From the NCBI RefSeq assembly GCF_009914755.1, contig NC_060942.1: 64,000 nt of DNA. The stretch is one strand, 5' to 3'. Numbering within the stretch: the stretch's first letter is position 1; every line of letters begins with the position of its first letter. Origin of the DNA: the human T2T-CHM13v2.0 reference genome, Homo sapiens. Below are positions 15,684-30,312 of this stretch, piece by piece. A model generated the notes under the pieces. The model did not search any database. It worked only from the letters and a program-made list of their open reading frames with translations, and was not told the DNA's origin. The translations under genes and the position numbers were made by a program.

Positions 15684-17326
15684 CTGCTCAAGGAAATAAG
15701 AGCAGACACAAAAAAATGGAAAAACATTCCATGCTCTTAGATAGGAAGAATCAGTATTGTGAAAATGGCCATACTACCCAAAGTAATTTGTAGATTCAGT
15801 GCTATCTTCATCAAGCTACCATTGACTTTCTTCACAGAATTAGGAAAAACTACTTTAAATTTCATATGAAACCAAAAAAGAGCCCATATAGCCAAGACAA
15901 TCCTAAGCAAAAAGAACAAAGCCGGAGGCATCACGCTACCTGACTTCAAACTATAAGGCTACAGTAACCAAAACAGCATGGTTCCGGTACTAAAACAGAT
16001 ATATAGACCAAAGGAACAGAACAGAGGTCTCAGAAATAACGCCGCATATCTACAACCATCTGATCTTTGACAAACCTGACAAAAACAAGCAATGAGGAAA
16101 GGATTCCCTGTTTAATAAATGGTGTTGGGAAAACTAGCCAGCCATATGCAGAAAACTGAAACTGGACCGCATCTTAACTCAAGATGGATTAAAGACTTAA
16201 ACGTAAGACCTAAAACCATAAAAACCCTGGAAGAAAACCTAGGCAATGTCATTCAGGACATAGGCATGGGCAAAGACTTCATGACTAAAACACTAAAAGC
16301 AATGGCAACAGAAGCCAAAATTGACAATTGGGATCTAATTAAACTAAAGAGCTAATGCACAGCAAAAGAAACTATCATCAGAGTGAACAGGCACCCTACA
16401 GAATGGGAGAAAATTTTTGCAATCTATCCATCTGACAAAGGGATGATATCCAGAATCTACAAAGAACCTAAGGAAACTTACAAGAAAAAGAACAACCCCA
16501 TCAAAAAATGGCTGAAGGATATGAACAGACACTTCCCAAAAGAAGACATTTATGTGGCCAACAAACATGAAAAAAAGCTCATCATCACTGGTCATTAGAG
16601 AAATGCAAACCAAAACCACAATGAGATACAATCTTATGCCAGTTAGAATGGCAATCATTAAAAAGTCAGGAAACAACCGATGCTGGAGAGGATGTGGAGA
16701 AATAGGAACACTTTTACACTGTTGGTGGGAGTGTAAATTAGTTCAACTATTGTGGAAGACAGTGTGGCAATTCCTCAAGGATCTAGAACCAGAAATACCA
16801 TTTGACCTAGCAATCCCATTACTGGGTATATTCCCAAAGGATTATAAATCATTCTACTATAAAGACACATGCACACATATATTTATTGCAGCACTGTTCA
16901 CAAAAGCAAAGACTTGGAACCAACCCAAATGCACATCAGTGATAGACTAGATAAAGAAAATGTGGCACATATACACCATGGAATACTATGCAGCCATAAA
17001 AAAGGATGAGTTCATGTCCTTTGCAGGGACATGGATGAAGCTGGAAACCATCATTCTCAGCAAACTAACACAAGAACAGAAAACCAAACACTGCATGTTC
17101 TCACTCACAAGTGGGAGTCGAACAATAAGAACACATGGACAGAGGGAGGGGAACATCACACACTGGGACCTGTCAGGGGATGGGGGACTAGGGGAGGGAT
17201 AGCATTAGGAGAAATATCTAATGTAGATGAGGGGTTGATTGGTGCAGCAAACCACCATGGCACGTGTACACCTATGTAACAAACCTGCATGTTCTGCACA
17301 TGCATCCCAGAACTTAAAGTATAATT
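15684..17326 (+). mobile_element. 5'-truncated L1PA (roughly PA6-PA8), 3' ORF2 plus 3' UTR; ORF2 disrupted
   Basis: ORF2 C-terminal peptides ([22 protein letters not shown]; MWHIYTMEYYAAIKK); TSD TAAAAAATACA(A/G)TGGTTT at 15666-15683 and 17327-17344. Confidence 0.95.
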
Positions 17327-18078
17327 TAAAAAATACAGTGGTTTGATTATTACTGAATTTTGAAAGTTCTTTATGTATTCTGGATACAAGTACTTTATCA
17401 GATATATGATTTGCCATTATTTTCTTGAAGTATGTGGCTTATCTTTTCATTCTTTTGTCAATGTCTTTTGAAGAGCAGAGGAATTGTAAGTCATGGATCG
17501 TGCTTGTTGTGTCCTATCTTTCAAATATACCTAAGCCAAGGTCACAAAGATTTTTATTTTCTTTTGTGTTTTCCTCTAGAAGTTTTAAAAGGTTTTAGAT
17601 TTTACGTTTAGGTCTATGATCCATTTTGAGTTCATTTTTGTATATGGTGTGTGGTATGAAGTATGGATGGAAGGCCTTTAAATTTTTTTTGCATGTGAAT
17701 TTCTAGTTGTTCCAGTACTATTTATTGAAAAGATGATCTTTTCCCCAGTTAGCTGCCTTTGCACCTTTGTTGAAAATTAATTAACAACATATGTGTTAGT
17801 GTATTTTTGGGCTCTATTCTGTTCTAATCTGAGTCTATTTGATGGCAGTACCACATTGCTTTCTTACTATAATTTTATAACAAGTCTTGAGACACATAAT
17901 ATAAGTGTGCTGACTTTCTTCTTTTTCACAGTAGTTTTGGCTATTTCAGGTTCTTTGCATTTTCATATGAGCTTTAGAAAGCTAATCAATTTATATGAAG
18001 AAAGCCTGCTAGGATTTTGGTAGGGATTTCATTTGAATCATTGAATATATTGATCAACTTGGGGAGAATTGACATCTT

Positions 18079-18797
18079 TTTTTTAATGTGACTTTTAAAA
18101 TTTGCTATATAATATACATATTTTGGGAGTACCTAAGATAATTTAATACATTGATATAATTTGTAAAGATCAAGTCAGTCTAATTGAGATATCCATAACC
18201 TTAACTATTTGTCTTTTCTTTATTCCAGAAACATTCAAATTATTCCCTTCTTAGCTATATTGAGATGTATGATAAATTATTATAAATAGCCCACCGGTCA
18301 CCTTACTGATCTATCAAACACTAGATCTTATTTCCTCTATCTAACTGTAAATTTGTACCCATTAATTAACCTCTCTTCATCCTCTACCCTTTTCAGCCTC
18401 TGGTAACTACCAGTCTACCCTTTATCTTAACGAGATTCATGGTTTAATTCCCACAAATGAGTGAAAACATGAGATATTTGTCTTTCTGTACTTGGCTTAT
18501 TTCATTTAACATAATGACGTCCAGTTCCATCCATGTTGCTGCAAATGACCAGCTTTCTTTCTTTTTAATGGCTTAATAATATTCCATTGTGTAGGTATAC
18601 CACATTTTCTTTATCCATTTATCCATCCATTGATGAGCATTTAGCTTGATTTCCCTATTTTGGCTATTGTGCTACAATAAACATGAAAGTATTACAATAA
18701 ACATGAGAGTGCAAATATCCCTTTGATATGTTGATTTCCTTTTATATATGTGCAGTAGTGCAGTAGTGGAATTGCTGGATCATATGGATCATATGGT

Positions 18798-18829
<32 letters not shown>

Positions 18830-19183
18830 TGAGATGGAGTCTCACTCTGTTGCCCAGGCTGGAGTGCAGTGGCGAAATCTCAGCTCACTGCAACCTCTGC
18901 CTCCTGGATTCAATTAATTTTCCTGCTTCAGCCTTTTGAGTAGCTGGGATTACAGGTGCCTGCCACCACATCTGGCTAATTTTTGTATTTTTAATAGAGA
19001 CGGGGTTTCACCACATTGGCCAGGCTGGTTTTGAACTCCTGACCTCAAGTGATCTTGCCCACCTTGGCCTCCCAAAATGCTAGAATTACAGGCTTTAGCC
19101 ACCATGCCCAGCCTATTTTTTTTGTGTTTGTGTTTTGAGGAACTTCTATACACTTTTTCATAGTGACTGTACTAATTTACATA
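18079..19183 (-). mobile_element. L1MA 3' end nested in the older L1M
   Basis: L1MA 3' UTR motifs; ACATCTT at 18072-18078 and 19184-19190 as candidate TSD. Confidence 0.75.
18803..19113 (-). mobile_element. AluS nested in the L1MA
   Basis: Full Alu with long T run. Confidence 0.95.
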
Positions 19184-20168
19184 ACATCTTAAAATACTAA
19201 ATCTTCCAATCTTTGAACAAGTTATATCTCTTCATTAATTTAGGTGTTCTTTAATTTCTCAGCAATGTTTGCAGTGTTCAGTGTACAGATCTTGCACATC
19301 TTTTGTTAGAATATTTTATGCAATTGTAAATGGCATTGTTTTTAAAGTTTTCTGGTTGCTCACTGTTAATATATAGAAATACAATTATTGTTTTCTATAT
19401 TACTCATGTATCATAACTTTGCAAAATTCATGTATTAATTTTAGTTTCTTTTAATGTATTCTATAAGATTTTCTAAATATAAATTTTTTATGATATCTAC
19501 ATATAGCTAGTTTATTTATTTCTTTCCAATCTGGATACCTTTTCTATCTTTTTCTTGCCTGATTGCATTGGTTAGAACTTTTAGTACAATGTTGAATAGA
19601 AGTGGTGAGAGCAATCATCCAGGTCTTATCTGTGACTTTAGGAAGAAAACATTTAGTCTTTCATATTAAATATGATATTACTGTTTTTCCTAGATTCCCT
19701 TTATAGGTTGAGGTAGTACCCTTCTATTCCTAATTTGCTAAGAATTTTTTTACAGGAAAGGATGCTGGATTTTGTCAAGTACTTTTTTCCCATATATTGC
19801 GATGATCATGTGGTTTTTATTTTTTCATCTGTTAATATGATGAATTCCATTGATTATTTTTCAAACGTTAAATCATCCTTGTAGTCGCAGGATGAACTCC
19901 ATTTGGTTATGATGCATTATATTTTTTATATAGAGTAGATTGATTTGCTAAAATTTTGTTAATAATACTTGTGTCTGTGTATATAGGGGACATTAGCTGA
20001 TGGCTTCCTTTTCATGTTATGTCTGTCTTGTTTTGGTATTTGGGTAATGCTGGCCTCATAGAATGAGTTAGTGAGTGTTCCCTCCCCTTCAATTTTCTGA
20101 AAGAGTTTTTGGAGAACTTCTTTTTAAGAAGAAAAATAATAAATTATCTTTTTCTTAAATGTTTGTAG

Positions 20169-20545
<377 letters not shown>

Positions 20546-21445
20546 TCTTGGTAGAAAAGTTTTAAATTACAAGTTCAATTTATTTAATAGATAAAGGGCT
20601 ATTCAGGTTATCTATTTCTTCTCAAGTGAGCTTTGGTAGATTGTGTTTTACAAGGAATTTATCTTTTACACTAAGTTGGTGAGCTTGTTGGCATAAAGTT
20701 ATTTGTAATATTCCAGTATTTTTCATTTAATATCAGTAAAATTTGTAGTGATATCACCTCTCTCATTGCTGGTATTACCAATTTATGTCTTCTCTTTTTC
20801 CTGATCCATCTGGATAAAGGTTTATTAATTGTATTGATCTTTTCTAAAAACAAGCATTTGGTTTCATTTATTCTTTTTTTTTCTGTTTTCTGCTTCATTG
20901 TTTTTTGGTTCTGGTACTTGTTATTTCTAATTTTTTCTGCTTATTTTGGATTTAGTTTGCTATTTTTCTCTTTTAAGATCAAAGCTGAAGTCATTGCTTG
21001 GACATTATAGGTGTTTAATGTTACAAATTTCCCTCCAACCACTGCTTTAGCAATGTCCCACAAATTTTGTTATGGTACATTTTTAATACTTTTACACTTT
21101 CTGGTTTCATTTTTATTTCTCTTTTGATCCATTGGGTAATTAGAAGTATGTTATTTTGTTTCAAAATATTCCAGGATTTTCCAGATATCTTTCCATTATA
21201 GATTTGTAATTTAATTTGATTGTAGTCAAAGAACATATTTCAATGATTTGGATCCTTTTAAATTTATTGACACTTTTTGTGTAGACTAAATAGTATCTAT
21301 ATTGGTAAATGTTCTATGTGTACTTGAAAACGTGTATTCTGCTATTAATGGGTGAAATGTTTTATAAATGTCAAATAAGTTGTCTTTTATATACTTACTT
21401 ATTTAGTATCTACCTGTTCTATAGATTATTGAAAGAGGGTTTTTT

Positions 21446-21599
21446 AGAAAAAGTTACTTATTATTTATATTTTTAGAGACATGGCCTTGCTATGTTGCCC
21501 AGGCTGGCCTTGAACCTCTGGGCTAACACTGTCTTCCTGCCTCAGTCTCCTGAATAGCCAGAACTACAGGTACATCAGGCACATGCCACCATGCCCAGC
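21446..21599 (-). mobile_element. FLAM / Alu monomer
   Basis: Single monomer; TGAAAGAGGG in both flanks. Confidence 0.8.
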
Positions 21600-21885
21600 T
21601 GAAAGAGGGGTTTTGAAATCTTTTACTGTAATTTTGGTTTTTGTCTATTTTTCCTGGCTGTTCTCTGAGTTTTTGCTGTATTTGTTTTGAAGCTCTTGTT
21701 AATATGTAAAGTTTGAAGATTGTTATTTCGTCTTCATTGATCTTACTGATTATTATAAAATGATTTGCTTAATCTCCAGAAGTCTTTTTGCTCTATAATA
21801 AAATTTTTCCTCTATTAATATAGCCACTACAACTTTCATTTGATTTGTTTTAGCATGGCATGGTTTTTTTATCCTTTAATTGTAA

Positions 21886-22251
<366 letters not shown>

Positions 22252-22300
22252 ACCTTTTCTTTTTAATTGAGAGGTTTACACCATTTATACTTTAATGTAA

Positions 22301-22659
<359 letters not shown>

Positions 22660-25600
22660 TATTTTTCCTTTTTTCATTCTTCTTTTTCTTCTTTTTTGGC
22701 TTCTTTTGGTTTAATTGACAATTATTTGCTTAACATCTCTTTGTTGTGTTATTTTAGTGATTCCTTTAAGCTATGTATTATAATCTTTATCAGTTTACCT
22801 TGAAGTAAATTGTCTGAGGTTAAAAATAAACTGAGTAGATTAATGGCATAGTAGACATAGCACAAGAAAAAGATTAGTGAATTTGTAGGCAAAAGCAGTA
22901 GAAACTTTCCAAAATAAAACAGAAAAAAAGATTGAAATATATATATATGCAAAGAGAATAGTGATATAGTCAAATATGACTATATTTTTATTTGTTATAT
23001 ATATATATGACAAAAATTTTATAACAGTCCACTTCTGTATCTCCTTCTCCCTTGCAGGCCTTTCTGCTATTGTCATGCATTTTTATTATTTTTGTTTTAA
23101 ACAATCAATTTTAAGGACATTTAAGTAATCGGAAAATAATTTTATATTTAACCTTGAACTTACTGTTCCTTATGCTCTTCATTCTCATTATAGATTCATA
23201 TTTCCATTTGGTATCATTTTCCTTCTGCTTGAAGGATTTCCTGTAACATTTCTTATGGGGAAGATCTGCTGCTGCTGAATCTTTCATCATTTTTATGTCT
23301 GAAAAAAACCTTATTTCTCTTTTATTTTCAAAGGATATTTTCATTGGGTTGATAGTTTTTCTTCAAGTACTTAAAAGATGTTGTTATGCTATCTTTCAGA
23401 TTGTATTGTTTCTGACAAAAACATCTGCTGGCGTCCTTTTCTTTATTCCTCTGTACATACAGGCTTTTTTGTTTGTTTTCCTCTAATTGATTTTACGATT
23501 TTTTCTTTATTGCTAATTCAAATAAGTTGATTACGGTGCACCATGGTGTTGTTTTCTTCATATTTCTTATCCTTTGAGTTTATTGAACTCCTTGAATCTG
23601 TGGTTTTTGTGTTTTCATCATTCTGTTAGGGTGTTTAGAAAATTTTCTTTGTGTTTTCTTAAGATGTCAGTATTTTCGCTGGCTTCTTAAACATGCAGAA
23701 TAAAGTTGTAATAACTGTTTTCATGTCCTTGTCTACTAATTCTGTCACCTGTCATTACAAGGTTCATTTGTAGTGATTGCATTTTCTCCTCATTATGGGT
23801 CATATTCTCTTGCTTATTTGCAAGCCTCGTCATTTTTTATTGGAATTTGCAGTGTGGATTTTTTTTTATTAGGGGCTGGATACTTTTATAGTTCTATAAA
23901 TATTTTTGAGCTTTGTTCTGGCACTTGAAAACTATTTGATCCTTTCATATCTTACTTTTAAGATTTGTCAGGTAAGACCAGAGCATTTAGTCTAAGAAAA
24001 AGCTTTTCCCCACTCTAGAGGCAAAACTCTTCTGAATACTCTATCCATGGTCTTATAAATTATGAACTTTTCCACTTAAGCTGCTGAGAACACAAACTAT
24101 TCCTGACCCTCGGTGATTACTGGGATCCTGTTATCTGATTCTTCCAGTGATTTTCCCTGACTGAGGGTAGTTTCCATATATGAATTTGCTGATTCTATTC
24201 AGCTGAAGGCTTGACGGGGCTCCTCTGAGGAGCTCCAGAGTTCTCTGTCTTTGGAGATCTCTCTTCACCAGTATCCTGTTATGTGAGCTCCAGGGCTTCC
24301 TTGATTCCCAGCTCCATTTCCTAAACTCAGACCCTCAGGCTCAGCTGGGTTCCCTGCTTCTGCCCCATGGCCTGGAAGCTCTCCCTAAGCAATAAACTGG
24401 GGCTATTGTAGGGCTCAACTTGTTTATTCCCTGTTCCTCCAGGATCACTGTTTTCAGCTTCCTGACATTCAATATCTTGAGAATCGTTTCATATATTTTG
24501 TGTATGTATGTGTGTGTGTTTTTCATTTCAAGTGGGAAGTGAGTCTGGTTCCTGTTACTCCATCTCGGCTGGAAGCTGACACATTTATGAGGCCATCTGA
24601 TATCCTCCTATTGGTCACAGGGGCTCTGTTTATTTATTTTTTCACTCTTTTTTCTCTGTGTGTTTCTGTTTATTCACCAGTATCTAATGTATTGTTAATT
24701 CTACTCATTGGAGGTATTATTTCACATATTGTATTTTTTATGTATAGACATTTCATCATTTATGTCTTCTTTTTCCTTATTCATGTTGTATTTTAAAGCT
24801 TTAAAGGTTTTGAGTATTTTTATTATAGCTGTTTTAACATTTTTTCTGCTAACTCCATCATCTCTGTGTCTTTCTATTGAGATTTTTCTTCTCATTATTT
24901 GTTCCTTTTTCTTTCTTTTTCATTTATTAAGTAATTTTCATTGGATTTTGGAAGTTGTCAATTTCAAGTGGTCAAGTCCTAGATTTTGTTGTATTTCCTT
25001 AAAGAGTGTACAGCTGTATTTTGGCAGCTAGTTCAGTTTCTTGTGGATATTTTTTCGGGGGTTACATTCTAGAGCAGCCTCTAGCTAGAGCAAATTTAGC
25101 CTTCTTAGTAAGGCATGAGACTTCTAAGGTTTCCATTGTATATCTTGTGTATTTGACCATGTCTCTTTACTCTGGCAAGTGTGAAGTCTTACTCTGTCAT
25201 GGTTTAAAGCATAAGTCCACTTGATATATATATTTTTAGTATACACACCAGTGTACATACATTTTCCTAGCTCTGTATGAGCAGTGGGAACTTTTGGATT
25301 ATAGCTCCGTGGTTCTTTGTGTAGAAGTTAATTTTTGCCTGATCTTGAGAAGGTTCAACTCATGCAGCCCTGATGGGCATTCAGCCAGAGTCAAGGGGAC
25401 CCCCATGCCAATTCCTAAAGCAATATCTCTTCATTGATTTTATTTTTTCTGGTGCTCTGACCAGAAGATTCTAGCCAACTCGCCTTCCTGAGCTTTGATC
25501 TCTGCTTCTTCACCTCAGTGAGACTACTGGGCTCTGTGCAGGAACTCCTTCCATGTGCTCTATTTTGGAAATTCCTCTAAGTAGAAAGCTACATTGATTA

Positions 25601-25862
25601 GAAGGCTAATTTAATTTGTTTTCTTTCTCCCTGGCATCATAGTCCTGTTTTGCCTCTTGTCAAATCTTAAAATGGTTGCCTCCTCTATTTGTCCAGTTTC
25701 TAGTTGTTTATAGTGGGAGAGTAATTTTTATCCCCATTGCTGTCATAGTTGGAAATGGAAATTCACTTTATATATTTTTAACCTACGTACCTGCACAAAT
25801 GACCATATAAAGTATTTGTTTTGGCTCCATTTGCCCTTACTAGAATGAAACCATAATGAGGG

Positions 25863-26287
25863 TGTATTAGTTCATTCTCACATTGCTATAAAGACATACC
25901 TGAGACTGGGTAATTTATAAAGGAAAGAAGTTTAACCAGCCCATGGTTCTGTGGGTTGTACAGGCTTCTGCTTCTGGGGAGGCCTCATGAAACTTACAAT
26001 CAGGGCAGAAGGTGAAGGGGAAGCAGGCACATATTTACATGGCCAGCAGGAGAGAGAGAAAGAGAAAACAAGCAAGCAAAGGGGGAGGTGCTACATACTT
26101 TTACAACAACCAGATCTTATTAGAACTCTATCATGAAACATCGCTAGGGAGACTAAACTATTAGGGGTGCTAAACCATTAGAAACCACCCCCATGATCCA
26201 ATCACCTCTCACCAGGCCGCACCTCCAACATTGGGGATTACAATCCAACATGAGATTTGAGTGGGGACACAGAGCCGAACCATATCA
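25863..26287 (-). mobile_element. MSTA-like MaLR solo LTR inserted in an L2 3' end
   Basis: tgtattagttcattctcacattgctataaag...gagccgaaccatatca; 5-bp TSD GAGGG/AAGGG. Confidence 0.9.
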
Positions 26288-26926
26288 AAGGGCTAGGCCT
26301 TTTTGTTCATTGCTAGATTTGCAGTACCTAGAATGGTGTCTGGCATCTTGAATCTTGTACCTAGTATTTTTAGGTACTCAATAAACAGTTGTTAAACTAA
26401 TCATTGTCACTATATTATAGTCAGTAAATTTCTTCAGAAATAAATTTTTAGTCTTCTCTTTGCATGTGTTTCCTAATTCACCTTCACCTCTGAATTAATG
26501 GATACTTTGGAGAAATTTAGTTTTTTCCTTTTTGCTATCAAGCCAAAATTTCAGCTGATTGTTGAGAAAGTTCGATATAAGTTTCTGCCTTTATCTCTGT
26601 ATGAATTCCAAAGCATCTACCTACAAATTATTTTTATATTTTTTATGAGATACCAGTAAGTGTATTGATAGAAGTATGCTCAGAATTGCATCAGCCCATG
26701 TATAAAGGAATGAAGGATGGGTTTGAGAAGTTCTTGCCTTCAGGAGAGGGCACCTAAAATGAATCTTACATTAAGTCAGATAGCAGTGGAAGGAAAGATT
26801 CCAAGCCCAGGGAAAGCATGAACAAAGGCACCCAGTCATCAGTCTGTAGGATGTATGGTTGAGTAACTACATCCCATTGTCTTGAGCAGTTTCATTGCAA
26901 CATCCAGATAGAGATGTTCAGTGGGC

Positions 26927-27067
26927 TTTTTTTTTTCCTTTTGTAGACACAGGGTTTCACCATGTTGCCCAGGCTGGTCTCAAACTCTGGGATTCAAGCA
27001 ATCAGCCCCCCTTGACCTTCCAATAATCCCAATCCCTGTATTGGGATTATAGGCATGGGCCCAGCCC
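26927..27067 (-). mobile_element. FLAM / Alu monomer
   Basis: Monomer flanked by CAGTGGG repeats. Confidence 0.8.
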
Positions 27068-27339
27068 AGTGGGTTGTTAGATGTGAGTCTGAGGGAGTAG
27101 TTAAGGATGGGGTTAAGGACTGGAAATGTATCATCGTATAGGTTAAAGCTAAACTCTAAGGTAGGAAAAGCTTTGGGGAGAGGGTGTTATATAGAGTATG
27201 AAGAGCTGTGTGCTAGAGGTGGAACTTTGTGAGGTGCCAGTAGATAAAGAAAGAGCATTCAGAAAGTAGACAGAGGAGCCTATTCAGAGAGTTTTAGAGA
27301 ATCAGGAGAGAGTGTTCATTCTGCTAGGAGACAGATCTG

Positions 27340-27542
27340 TGTTTCTCAAAGTCTGTCTAACAAATAAGTGGCACTAGCATTACATAGTGGTCATGGGGGT
27401 GGGGTGCTAATAAAAATACATAGATTTGGGCCTCTCCCCAAATCTTCTGAATTGAAATTTCTGTGTGATTAGGGCCCAAACATCTGTGTTTTATAAAGTT
27501 CTGTAAGAAATTTTTAGCAAAATGAATACTCCTAGCCACTGC
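27340..27542. mobile_element. MER5-like DNA transposon
   Basis: gtgtttctcaaagt...gaattgaaatttctg...catctgtgttttataaag...gccactg. Confidence 0.6.
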
Positions 27543-30174
27543 ACCAGTTTCAAGAAGGAGGGCCTATCAGCTGAGTCAAATATTACAGAGTTCTAGTCCA
27601 ATTGATTGTAAAAGTATCTACAGTATGTGGCCATTTGAAGGATATTCCTGGATTCTTAATCTTGCTGCTGCAACTGGGGTCACCCTTGCCAACTTTCTAC
27701 AAACTTACTGATGTGTTAATATAATGTTCATTGACTAAATGAATAAAACATCTAAAATCATTGATATGAACATTATTAATAACTAATTTGGTAGACTGGA
27801 GAGAAGAAAAGGCTGAAGAAGGACAAGAATCTTCATTGAACCAGCATTGAATTTGCCGATTGTCATGCATTCACCTACCAAAGTGGGAAATAGACCTAGC
27901 CACTCTTCCTTTTCAAAGTCTGTTCACTTCTTTCAGTAAACATTTTTGAGGGTTTGCTATGTACAGGTTACCTATTATATGTCTATTAAGTACATTCAAA
28001 CATATTTCTAAGTACAGTAGACCTTAACTAGTCGTGTTCACTGTGTTCAGAAGTGCAGAGGGCTGTGGGAGGGCTCTAGAAACTTTCGCTTACCTTCCTT
28101 CTAGAGTTTTTAACATTACACGTCTATTTTTTTTTCTACTACAATGTATTTAGTTTCGTGCCTCCTTTAGAGAAATACATAGTGCTGTTTTTTCTTTTTT
28201 TTAATTCTTCCTGGGATAATAAAACCAGAAAATCTTTTGTAAAAGCATATTTCTCAAAAGGTTACTCAAATAGCCATATGTAATATTCACAATCTTTCCC
28301 ATTAATTATTAATTTTTGTCAATGAATTAATATCAATCCACATTTACCATTCAATTAATAAAACTTTTTTTCTCAACTATATGATTCCAAAAGTTTGGCT
28401 GGAGACAGACATTTTTCGAGAAGAATTCTATAATGGAAATAAATGGGAAACTGTGAGTCACTGAGCAGAATTCAGGGTCAATGAATACTTTTGCAGGTTG
28501 TTTTCTGACTAAGAATGCAGCCTTGCTCCAATAGCCAAACCATATTTTCCCACAGAGGCTAGTCTTTATTTAATTCATACAGAGGAGCTGTTTGGACTAG
28601 TGGGAGCCTTGGTAGAATTTTGTTTTACACCTCTACTGAAATATAGATATTCTGGTAAGCAGAATATGGGTAATTTTTGTTTTAAAGAGGGAGCTTTAGA
28701 ATGGAAAATGGAAGCAAAATTAAAACCCTTTTCCAATATATCACTTGGCTAGCCATCAAAATCAAAATATTACTAGGCAGCTTCTTGTTTTAAATAATTA
28801 GAAGTAAATAAGTGAAATGCAAGATCTTATTTCTCTGTGTTTTTAAAAATTGAATGAAAGCTCAACAGATTTGCTCACAAAAGAGTCTATTCAAGGAATG
28901 GCTATCATGATGAATGCTGGCCAGTGGTAGAGTAAGGCAGTAACATTACTGGAAAATGAGCGGACAGGAAGGCTTAGGAGGGAAACCTTCCTGATTTGGG
29001 TTATTCCTCTTAGAAAGAGCTTCACCTGACTAAGATGACAGAAAATAAATTACTCTCCATCCCCATGGCATCAGCTATTGATCAGAGACATATAGCTTTT
29101 CGTCTGCTGTCAGGGATTAGATGCTGAGCTCCTTAAAGCCATTCACCTCGACTGTGGAAGAGCTTCAGAGATACTGATGACAAGAACCCCACAGTGTGAA
29201 GTGTCAGCCACTATCAAATTATTTATTTGATTCTCCTTTGACAGAACTTACAGCTCTTGTCTTTCTAACGTTCATGTTGACCATTGGCATTCAGATTACT
29301 GATCTGTGCCTTTCTTTGTCATGCAGTGAGAGGGATTTTGAGGGTCCTAATTATGACTGTTGTTTTCATGGCATTTTTAAACAGCATGAAGTGCTCTGAC
29401 TGCTGGCTTTGCAGTTTTCTCAAGGAATTCATCTGATGATGAACAGTGTTTTCAGTAAACTGGAGAGGGTGAGGTAGAGAACTAATGTCAAATGCTTTCA
29501 GTTGGGTGGACGATGATTATTGTCGATGTGAATAATAAGAATGTGGATTTAGAATTTATCATATTTTAACTTGGCTATGATACTTTGGAAATGTCTCTAC
29601 CTACCACAGGGAAAGCTGAGTAAAATGGAAGTCTTAGCTTCTTCTTTCTTGAATGATTTTAAAATAGAAGACACGAATTATTGATGCCATTTCAAGAAAC
29701 TCCATGCATTCTAATAGGTTAACCTATGGGTAAACTTAAAATGTCATTCATGTTTAATAGTGAATAGTGCTGATACACTCCTTTTAGATCAAATATACAG
29801 CAGTTGCTTTTTAATGTGTAGTTCTCTCTCTATATATAACTTACATAGCCAGTGTATTTGGTCTGCTACACCTGCCAATTTTATTGGTTCACTTTCAGAT
29901 TTTTAGAGAGCTTTACATACATTTTTAAACATCCATATATTTTATGATAATTATGCACATAGCTCTCTTTGATCTTTAATAAAACTTTTGGCTGGGGATA
30001 TATTTCTCAGCATATTTTATAGTAAAAATATACTCAATTTGATAACTTATTTTGTCATATGCTTTTCAGAAATACATTAAGGGGACAAAAAGGATAATCT
30101 CTACTATAAAAGTGTGAAGCCTTATATTTTTTAAGTTAGTGAAGAATATAAAGTATAAATAGGCAGGAGACGGG

Positions 30175-30312
30175 TGATGGGGGAAAGAGCATGGAATTAG
30201 GCACCAGGAGACCAAATTTGTAGTTCCATTTCTCAATAATTAGCTGTGTCATTTTGGACAACTTACTGCCCCTCTGAGATTCATTTTTCGTATCTATAAA
30301 ATGTGGTGATTT
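30175..30312 (+). mobile_element. MIR
   Basis: tagctgtgtcattttggacaac...ctctgagattcatttttcgtatctataaaatg core. Confidence 0.7.

Noticed and set aside
15737-17417. Cluster of ORFs resembling L1 ORF2p
   Set aside because: Frameshifted, stop-interrupted pieces of a 5'-truncated L1; not a functional gene.
18670-18800. Small tandem duplications in the L1MA (tacaataaacatga x2; gcagtagt x2; atcatatgg x2)
   Set aside because: Ordinary slippage in neutral sequence.
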